NCBI GenBank assembly: GCA_964514585.1
Contig: CAZETU010000005.1
Location: 10,904 to 74,903, forward strand
DNA length: 64,000 bases
Source: Candidatus Woesearchaeota archaeon
GTDB lineage: Archaea; Nanobdellota; Nanobdellia; Pacearchaeales; GW2011-AR1
Direction of reading: 5' to 3'
Of this stretch, positions 56,600-64,000 are shown one piece after another; within the stretch, counting starts at the first letter, position 1, and every line of letters begins with the position of its first letter. The notes beneath the pieces were generated by a model, which was given only the letters and a program-made list of their open reading frames with translations, did not search any database and was not told the DNA's origin. Made by a program: the position numbers and the translations under genes.

Positions 56600-57451
56600 A
56601 TGAGAAACAAAAAAGGCGCATTTTTCCTTATCTCTTTCGTAATCTTAGCCGCAGTTGCCACAGGAGTAGTCCTCTACAGCTCAGGAAATTCAAGTCCTTC
56701 AATAACAGGAAGCGCAATCTCTGGCTCAGGCTACAACTCAGACCCGATGTATTACACTAACAACGAAGACCCATCATGCGGCGACTACGGGCAACAATGC
56801 TGCAATGGAATATGCGACCAAGGAGAATGCCAAGGCGGAATGTGCATCCACTGCGGTTACTTCGGCGAAACATGTTGCTACAATTCAGTCGACGGAAAAC
56901 AATGCGACTCTGGCTCGGTCTGCACATCCGGAAGATGCCAAGTAACTGACGATTACAACGTCTACAATGAATGCGGTCACATCGGATTCCCACCATGCCA
57001 AGACGACTACGGATACTATTGCTCTTACGGAGTATTAAACTACCAAGCAGGAGTATGCGAACACTGCGGATTTCTAGAACAACCATGCTGCCCAAACACC
57101 GACTACGAATGCGACTACGGAACATGCACAAACGGAATATGCAAAACAACAACAACTCAAAACACAAATACTAACACAGCAAACACAAACACAAATTACC
57201 CAGACCCCTATGAGCCAGATTACGACCCAGGATACGATGATGAGGATTATGATTACGATTCAGGTTCAAACACAAATACAGACCCTTCCTGCGGAGGATT
57301 AAACGAAGACTGCTGCGAGGTAGGAATACAAACATCCATGTGGGGCGGAATTGAAGCAGCAGGCTCAGGATGTGACGATGATTTAGAATGTCGAGGCGGA
57401 GCTTGCGTAACAGGGCCAGTATACGAATCATCACCAAGAGGCGGATATTAG
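56600..57451 (+). CDS. Secreted/anchored cysteine-rich repeat protein
   Basis: KKG|AFF class III-like signal + TM; five CGxxxxxCC-type repeats. Confidence 0.75.
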   Translation: MRNKKGAFFLISFVILAAVATGVVLYSSGNSSPSITGSAISGSGYNSDPMYYTNNEDPSCGDYGQQCCNGICDQGECQGGMCIHCGYFGETCCYNSVDGKQCDSGSVCTSGRCQVTDDYNVYNECGHIGFPPCQDDYGYYCSYGVLNYQAGVCEHCGFLEQPCCPNTDYECDYGTCTNGICKTTTTQNTNTNTANTNTNYPDPYEPDYDPGYDDEDYDYDSGSNTNTDPSCGGLNEDCCEVGIQTSMWGGIEAAGSGCDDDLECRGGACVTGPVYESSPRGGY

Positions 57452-57468
57452 ATTACAAAATATAAAAT

Positions 57469-58539
57469 CTATTGAGAAACATTATCATCAACTTTTTTCT
57501 CTTTTGTAGAGACAATATCTTTCTTTTCCTTAATTCCAGCCTTTCCCTTAAGCTGCTCAATCTCCTTCTTCAACTCAACCATTTTCATCTCCCTTCCAAT
57601 TGCCATCTTATTAAAAGTCTCAAGTTCTCCATTCTTTTTAACAAGGTCTTTCTTGGAAGATTCAAGCTCCTCAGTCCTTTTTTCAACAAGCTTCTGCAAA
57701 TTAATTTCATTCCCACGAATAACCCTTCTCATTCTCTCAAACGATGTTGCAAGATCCCCAACTTCATCATTAGAGTCGATCTTTACAGAGGTATCAATTT
57801 TACCACTAGAGATAATCTCTGCCACATCCCTCAAATTAATAATAGGTTGAGAAATAGATTTGGCAATCAAATAAGCCAGAATAAACCCTAAAGACAACAT
57901 CAGTAAGGAAAAAAGCAAATTCAAAGTTTTTATAGTTTCAATCAATTTTTTCTGTCTATCTGAGATATATAACAACTCATCATTTATATTATTTTGAAAT
58001 TCAGCCAAATCCCCACTCAATGAGTTAATAGAACTATAAAGATTATAAGTTACAGTATTCCCACTATCCAAACTCAGCAATAAAAGAGTTTCCTTAAGAG
58101 AAGCAATTTCTAAATTTATATTATCAATTATTATATCATCCTTTTCTTCGATATCACTATTCTCAAATTCATCATCCTTTTTTGATTCATCATCAAATTC
58201 ATCATCCTCAATATTAGCTAACTCACGCATATCTATCTCAAATTCATCAAGATATAGTCTAATATTTTCTATATTATTATTAGACCCAGATATCAAGTAT
58301 TTATCAAGATTAAACTCAATATCATCAATCATACGTATTAATTCAGAAGTAATTTCAGACTGATCGGTTCTCGATGGAAGCATCCCAGACAAACTTTCCA
58401 ATTTCAAAACAAAGAAAAAATTTGCAAAAACGAGTATAAGCGTAATTAAGAAAATAGCTCCAAAACCAAAAAGAATTTTACTAAAAATTGTAAATCTTCT
58501 CCCCTTATCAGGTTTAATATTACTCTCAATTTGATCCAT
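57469..58539 (-). CDS. Membrane sensor with HAMP domain and coiled-coil tail, no catalytic output domain
   Basis: Two TM; ISQPIINLRD...DEVGDLATSFERM; FNKMAIGREMKMVELK. Confidence 0.8.
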   Translation of the reverse strand: MDQIESNIKPDKGRRFTIFSKILFGFGAIFLITLILVFANFFFVLKLESLSGMLPSRTDQSEITSELIRMIDDIEFNLDKYLISGSNNNIENIRLYLDEFEIDMRELANIEDDEFDDESKKDDEFENSDIEEKDDIIIDNINLEIASLKETLLLLSLDSGNTVTYNLYSSINSLSGDLAEFQNNINDELLYISDRQKKLIETIKTLNLLFSLLMLSLGFILAYLIAKSISQPIINLRDVAEIISSGKIDTSVKIDSNDEVGDLATSFERMRRVIRGNEINLQKLVEKRTEELESSKKDLVKKNGELETFNKMAIGREMKMVELKKEIEQLKGKAGIKEKKDIVSTKEKKVDDNVSQ

Positions 58540-58540
58540 T

Positions 58541-59551
58541 TTAAGAATAAACAGTTTCTGCTACCTTGAGAAGTGAAGAATCAAATTCAATTCCCAACTT
58601 ATCTGCATGTTTAATATTCAAAATAATATTACCCTTCTTGTTTTCGACAACACCTACATCAGAAGGACTTTCCCCATCTAAGATTCTCAAAGCAGCTTTT
58701 GCAGACCATTCACCCTGCTCTTCTGGAACCTTAACAAATCCAATCAAAGAATAAAATGTCATCCAATAATCAATGGCACCCACAGGAACCGCTACATTTT
58801 CTTCACTAAAGGATTTCATTTCATCATCATCCCATTCATCAATTCCAGCATTATTTCCAATAATCAATATATCTACATCTTCTTGAATATTAACAAACTC
58901 TGTTTTCCATTCATCAAGAGTTTTAACATACACCTCGGTAAGATCCAAATTAAAAAATTTCTTATAATATTCACCCTCTTTTCTAGAAGTCAAAGTATCC
59001 GCAGAAAAATAACCTATTTTATCTCCCTTAACATATGGAGTCAAGTGTCCCAAAAGTTGAGGAATCAACGCAACTTCAACCATGCCCGCGGTATTACTAT
59101 ACGGAGCCCCATAGAGTGATGCATCCCAATTCAGTCCACAAAAAACTACGGGTAATTCAACATCCTTGTAATAGGGCATCACCAAATATTTAAATGCATT
59201 GTCATCTGAAACAAGAAGAACATCAGGATTAAATTCTTCAATTATTTTTTTGACATCCAATCCTGCCTGAACTTTAAATTCTTCATCCCCATTCCTTTTC
59301 GTATCCATTCTGTAAATTTTAAGCTCAACCCCAGTACCTTCAAAGACATCCCTAACCCCTTTAGTTATGCTATCGCTCCACTCATAACCTTCATGATAAG
59401 AATCAATATACAAAACCTTATATCCACTATAAGGAATTGTGGCAGAAACAATTTCTTCAGAATCTTCAACTCCCCCTAACCCAACAACAACAATTAACGC
59501 AGCTATAACTATAGAAATCCCAACAAAAAGATAAAGCAAAAATTTACTCAT
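58541..59551 (-). CDS. Periplasmic-binding-protein-like (ABC substrate-binding) protein
   Basis: SYHEGYEWS, MDTKR, SDDNA, PVVFCG, EQGEWSA. Confidence 0.8.
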   Translation of the reverse strand: MSKFLLYLFVGISIVIAALIVVVGLGGVEDSEEIVSATIPYSGYKVLYIDSYHEGYEWSDSITKGVRDVFEGTGVELKIYRMDTKRNGDEEFKVQAGLDVKKIIEEFNPDVLLVSDDNAFKYLVMPYYKDVELPVVFCGLNWDASLYGAPYSNTAGMVEVALIPQLLGHLTPYVKGDKIGYFSADTLTSRKEGEYYKKFFNLDLTEVYVKTLDEWKTEFVNIQEDVDILIIGNNAGIDEWDDDEMKSFSEENVAVPVGAIDYWMTFYSLIGFVKVPEEQGEWSAKAALRILDGESPSDVGVVENKKGNIILNIKHADKLGIEFDSSLLKVAETVYS

Positions 59552-59747
59552 TCATCAACCTCAAAAACAACACGCATTATTTCTTTATATGCTTTTCTCT
59601 AATTTTACCGTCGACAAATTAATGATTTTTGAAATTTAATTAGGAATTCTGACTCATATTAAAAACAAAAACAAAATTCTTAATTTCATAATGAAATCAA
59701 TTAGATAATAAAAGAAATAAACTGAAACTCACAATATTAAATCAAAA

Positions 59748-62552
59748 TCATCCCCTTTCCAAAATTTCCTTCAAATATTTCCCAGTCCAACTCTTATCAT
59801 TCTTAATAATTTCTTCAGGAGATCCAGTCGCAATAACTTCCCCACCACCTTCCCCACCCTCAGGTCCAAGATCAATAATATAATCAGCGCTCTTAATCAC
59901 ATCCAAATTATGCTCAATAATAACCACCGTATTCCCCTTAGCAACAAGCCCATCAATAACCTTCAACAATTTTCTAACATCGTGAAAATGCAATCCCGTC
60001 GTCGGTTCATCCAAAATATAAAGCGTCTTCCCCGTTCCCTTCTTAGCCAACTCACGAGTCAACTTAATCCTCTGCGACTCTCCTCCAGACAAAGTAGTCG
60101 AACTCTGTCCCAACTTAATATAACCAAGCCCAACCTTATTCAACGTATCCAACTTCCTCCTCACCGACGGCACATTCTCAAACAAAACCAAAGACTCCTC
60201 AACGCTCATGTCAAGAATATCAGCAATACTCTTTCCCTTATACAAAATCTGCAACGTTTCCTTATTGTACCGCTTCCCCTTGCAGTCCTCACATTCAACA
60301 TGCACATCTGGCAAAAAATTCATCTCAATCTTAATCGTCCCATCGCCCTGACACTTCTCACATCGTCCCCCAAAAACATTAAACGAAAATCTTCCAGGCC
60401 CATACCCTCGAATCTTAGACTCCCTCGTGCTCGCAAAAAAACTCCTAATCTCATCAAAAACTTTAATGTATGTCGCAGGATTACTTCGCGGCGTTTTCCC
60501 AATCGGCGACTGATCAATAACAATAACCTTGTCAATCTTCTCATCTAACTTTATACTCTTATGTTTCCCAGGACGAATCTTCGAATCCTTATTTAATTTC
60601 TTCTCCATCCCCTTATACAAAATCTCATTCATCAAAGTCGACTTCCCAGACCCCGAAACTCCAGTAATACAATTCAGTATACCAATCGGAATATCAACAT
60701 CAATGTCCTTCAAATTATTTTCACCACACCCACTCATTTGAATATACTTATTACTTTGCCGTCGACGATTAGGCGTCTCAATTTTCATCTCACCAGAAAG
60801 ATACTGCCCCGTCAAAGAATTCTTATTTTTCTCAATTTCCGCAGGTATACCTTTCGCTACAATTTCCCCACCATGAATCCCAGCACCAGGCCCCATATCA
60901 ACAACATAATCAGCAGCCCGAATCGTATCCTCGTCATGCTCAACAACAATTAAACTATTTCCCAAATCCCGGAGCTTATGCAAAGTATCAATCAACTTTT
61001 TATTATCTCGCTGATGTAGTCCTATAGAAGGTTCATCTAAAATATACATAACCCCCATTAAATTGGCCCCAATCTGCGTCGCTAAACGAATTCTCTGAGC
61101 CTCCCCACCAGACAAAGTTCCAGCCTTCCTCGACAAATTCAAATAACCAAGCCCGACATTTTGCAAAAACCCAAGCCGGTCCCCAATTTCCTTCAATATC
61201 AACTTCGCAATCTCAAGTCGCTTATCATCCAGCTTTAAATTCTTAAAAAAATCAACACACTTTTCAATAGACATCTCAGTAACTTCAGCAATCGAAGCCC
61301 CACCAACGGTAACTGCCAACATCTTACTCTTCAGTCGTTTGCCCTTACAAACAGGACAAATCTTACTTCTCTGAAATTTCTCCAACATCCGTCGACGATA
61401 ATCACTATCCGTCTTCTTATACAGCCTCTCACTTTGCGGAATCAAACCCTCCCATCCATTTTCCATTCTCATCTGCGCACCGTTAGACCACTTCCCATAA
61501 ATCGGCTCCTCCGAACCATAAAACAAAATCGTCAATTGCTCAGTAGAAAAACCATCAACAGGACTAAGAACATCAAATCCAAATTTCTTCCCAACGGCCG
61601 CCATCTGCTGAATCCTCCAAGAGCTATCCATCTTCCCATAAAGCCTAATCGCCCCGTCCACTATGGGCACAGACCTATCAGGAATAATCAAATCAGGATC
61701 AAACTCAGTCTTAACCCCAAGTCCATGACATTCCTCACAAGCCCCAAAAGGACTATTAAAAGAAAACATCCTAGGCTGCAACTCCTCAAAACCAATCCCA
61801 CATTTCGGACAAGACATCAGCGTAGAGTAAACATATTTCTTATTCTTAGAATCCAAAATCTCAATCAACCCATCCTCAGATTTCTTCGTCGCATTCTCAA
61901 CCGACTCCCTCAACCTCGAAACATCATCAACAGAAACCCTATCAATCACAATTTCAATATCATGCTTCTTATATCGAGCCAACTTAACCTTCTCATCAGT
62001 CCGATAAATCTCACCATCAACTCGAACCCGAGCAAATCCATCCTTATTCAAATCATAAAGCAACTGCTCATAAGTCCCTTTCTTATGCCTGACAATTGGA
62101 GCAAGCACAGTAATGGTTCCACTCACATCAGAAGCAATTTTATCCGCAACTTTCTCAGGAGTCTGCGCCTCAATCGTTGTCCCATGCTCAGGACAATGAG
62201 GTATACCAACCCTCGCAAAAAGCAATCTTAAATAATCATAAATCTCAGTAACAGTCCCAACAGTGCTTCGCGGATTCTTGCTCGTAGTCTTTTGCTCAAT
62301 AGAAATCGCAGGACTCAGTCCCTCAATTGTATCAACATCAGGCTTATTCATCAACCCCAAAAACTGCCGCGCATAAGAAGACAAAGATTCAACATAACGT
62401 CGCTGCCCCTCAGCATAAAGCGTATCAAAAGCCAAGGTCGATTTCCCCGACCCAGACAACCCAGTCACAACTACAAATTTCTCCCTCGGCAAATCAATGC
62501 TAATGTTCTTGAGGTTATGCTCTCTCGCGCCCTTAATTCGTATGTCTTTCAT
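59748..62552 (-). CDS. uvrA: Excinuclease ABC subunit A
   Basis: Two Walker A ([16 protein letters not shown]), LSGGE signatures, Zn fingers. Confidence 0.97.
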   Translation of the reverse strand: MKDIRIKGAREHNLKNISIDLPREKFVVVTGLSGSGKSTLAFDTLYAEGQRRYVESLSSYARQFLGLMNKPDVDTIEGLSPAISIEQKTTSKNPRSTVGTVTEIYDYLRLLFARVGIPHCPEHGTTIEAQTPEKVADKIASDVSGTITVLAPIVRHKKGTYEQLLYDLNKDGFARVRVDGEIYRTDEKVKLARYKKHDIEIVIDRVSVDDVSRLRESVENATKKSEDGLIEILDSKNKKYVYSTLMSCPKCGIGFEELQPRMFSFNSPFGACEECHGLGVKTEFDPDLIIPDRSVPIVDGAIRLYGKMDSSWRIQQMAAVGKKFGFDVLSPVDGFSTEQLTILFYGSEEPIYGKWSNGAQMRMENGWEGLIPQSERLYKKTDSDYRRRMLEKFQRSKICPVCKGKRLKSKMLAVTVGGASIAEVTEMSIEKCVDFFKNLKLDDKRLEIAKLILKEIGDRLGFLQNVGLGYLNLSRKAGTLSGGEAQRIRLATQIGANLMGVMYILDEPSIGLHQRDNKKLIDTLHKLRDLGNSLIVVEHDEDTIRAADYVVDMGPGAGIHGGEIVAKGIPAEIEKNKNSLTGQYLSGEMKIETPNRRRQSNKYIQMSGCGENNLKDIDVDIPIGILNCITGVSGSGKSTLMNEILYKGMEKKLNKDSKIRPGKHKSIKLDEKIDKVIVIDQSPIGKTPRSNPATYIKVFDEIRSFFASTRESKIRGYGPGRFSFNVFGGRCEKCQGDGTIKIEMNFLPDVHVECEDCKGKRYNKETLQILYKGKSIADILDMSVEESLVLFENVPSVRRKLDTLNKVGLGYIKLGQSSTTLSGGESQRIKLTRELAKKGTGKTLYILDEPTTGLHFHDVRKLLKVIDGLVAKGNTVVIIEHNLDVIKSADYIIDLGPEGGEGGGEVIATGSPEEIIKNDKSWTGKYLKEILERG

Positions 62553-62696
62553 AGTCTAGAAAAAGTAATCTATAACAAATAATACAAACAGGGGTTTAAA
62601 TTTCTTCCGATAACACTGTTTCCAGTTAAGCTTTTAAACCCACAAGCCCCTAAAATAACAGGTGATTAGTCACCAGACTATTTCTGGCAAAACAAG

Positions 62697-63767
62697 ATGG
62701 ACCCAAGAACAAGAAAATTAGCAAAATTAGCAGTAGATTACGCCCTAAAAGTTAAACCAAAACAAAATGTAATTATCTCAGGTGGAGTCGAAGCTCAAGA
62801 TTTCATAATAGAACTCTATAAGCAAGTAATTCTAAGAGGAGCCCACCCAGCAACAAGAGTCGGACTTCCAGGAACAGCAGCATTCTTTTACAAAAACGCA
62901 AAAAAACACCAAATAGAAAAATTCCCAGAAAACTTCAACCACCTAGTAAACAATTCTCAAAAATACATAGGAATCAACACGACATCAAATTCCAGGCAAT
63001 TAGCAAACTGCGACCCTAAAAAAATCTCCGCAAGACAAAAAGTCATAAAACCAATTTCAAAATACATTTGCAACGGTAGACCAGATATGCAAAGAAGCAC
63101 AGTTGCATTCCCTTGTGTGGCTCTAGCCCAAGAAGCAGAAATGGACATCACAGAATACGAAAATTTCGTATACGGCGCATGCCTACAAGATTGGAAAAGA
63201 ATCGGAAAACGAATGAATCAAATTCTAGCCAAATTCAAGCAAGGAAAATCAGTTCACTTAATCGGCAAAAGAGTCGATTTAAAATTTGACATCCACGGCA
63301 AATTAGCAAAAACAGATTTAGACGGCGACAATATACCAATGGGCGAAGTCTTCATGGCACCAGTCAGAGAATCTCTAAACGGATGGATAAAATTCGACTA
63401 TCCTGCAATCGAAGCCAGCAAAGAAGTAACAGACATCTATCTAAAATTCCAAGACGGAAAAGTAATTGAGGCAACCGCATCAAAAAACGAAAAATTCTTA
63501 CACGAAATGTTAGCAACAGACGAAAACTCATCTTACGTCGGAGAATTCGGAATAGGAATGAATCCAAAAGTAATCAAATTCACAAAAAACCTTTTATTCG
63601 ACGAAAAAATGGGCGGAACAATCCACCTAGCTCTCGGCACAGCTTACGAAGACAACGGCGGCGGAAACGACTCGGCAATCCACTGGGACATCGTCAAAGA
63701 TATGTCAAAAGCAAAGATAATTCTCGACGGCAAAGTCGTCCAACAAAACGGCAAGTGGAAAATTTAG
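62697..63767 (+). CDS. Aminopeptidase, M29 (AmpS/PepS) family
   Basis: NIPMGEVF, GEFGIG, LFDEKMGGTIHLALG, SAIHWD. Confidence 0.92.
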   Translation: MDPRTRKLAKLAVDYALKVKPKQNVIISGGVEAQDFIIELYKQVILRGAHPATRVGLPGTAAFFYKNAKKHQIEKFPENFNHLVNNSQKYIGINTTSNSRQLANCDPKKISARQKVIKPISKYICNGRPDMQRSTVAFPCVALAQEAEMDITEYENFVYGACLQDWKRIGKRMNQILAKFKQGKSVHLIGKRVDLKFDIHGKLAKTDLDGDNIPMGEVFMAPVRESLNGWIKFDYPAIEASKEVTDIYLKFQDGKVIEATASKNEKFLHEMLATDENSSYVGEFGIGMNPKVIKFTKNLLFDEKMGGTIHLALGTAYEDNGGGNDSAIHWDIVKDMSKAKIILDGKVVQQNGKWKI

Positions 63768-63769
63768 TT

Positions 63770-63780
63770 AAACTTTTAAA
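63770..63780 (+). promoter_or_regulatory. BRE/TATA promoter of tRNA-Glu
   Basis: AAACTTTTAAA ending 23 nt before tRNA G1. Confidence 0.7.
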
Positions 63781-63803
63781 CCAACCAACTTACTACATAA
63801 TAT

Positions 63804-63956
63804 GCTCTCGTAGTCTAGTGGCCAAGGATGCCGCCCTCTCAAAATGGGGATTTTAGTCGATGAGATGTCAAATCCACGTCCTCTTGGGCGACCATTAGTC
63901 TCTTAGAGACTTCTTGGAGAACGGCGGTGACCCGGGTTCAAATCCCGGCGGGAGCA
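63804..63956 (+). tRNA. tRNA-Glu(CTC) with 80-nt intron at 37/38 (63842-63921); CCA not encoded
   Basis: Acceptor GCTCTCG/CGGGAGC, anticodon stem CCGCC/GGCGG, T-arm CCGGG-TTCAAAT-CCCGG; bulge-helix-bulge with CTCT:GGAG central helix. Confidence 0.93.
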
Positions 63957-64000
63957 TGATACCTTTTTGACCAATCAAGGGGACAACTTTTTGTTTAAAA

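Overview
Archaeal chromosomal segment, most consistent with a DPANN (Pacearchaeota/Woesearchaeota-like) genome; this is inferred from archaeal PolB, FEN1, TFE, Nre, type II MetAP, a BHB-intron tRNA-Glu and leaderless TATA promoters. The housekeeping backbone (map, prs, NOP2-type methyltransferase, polB, fen, alaS, leuS, uvrA/B/C, aminopeptidase) is interrupted by several accessory blocks. These are: an AT-rich DUF5320/DUF134/NADH-oxidase/CDF/NifX/permease cluster (8.8-13.4 kb); two near-identical 659-bp IS200-like elements that share the same nonsense codon and both sit in TATA-like sites; a ~7-kb minus-strand island of paralogous, partly decayed membrane-anchored orphan genes with repeated non-coding blocks (20.8-27.6 kb); a cluster of paralogous multi-pass membrane proteins; a TA pair; and a binding-protein/HAMP pair. 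The main oddities are three whole RBBP9/YdeN-type serine hydrolase domains inserted in frame into LeuRS (two, plus a Nudix domain) and UvrB (one), a complete bacterial ECF-type sigma factor in an archaeal transcription neighbourhood, and a covarying palindrome present in two divergent promoter regions. All calls come from motif recognition by eye; no searches were run.
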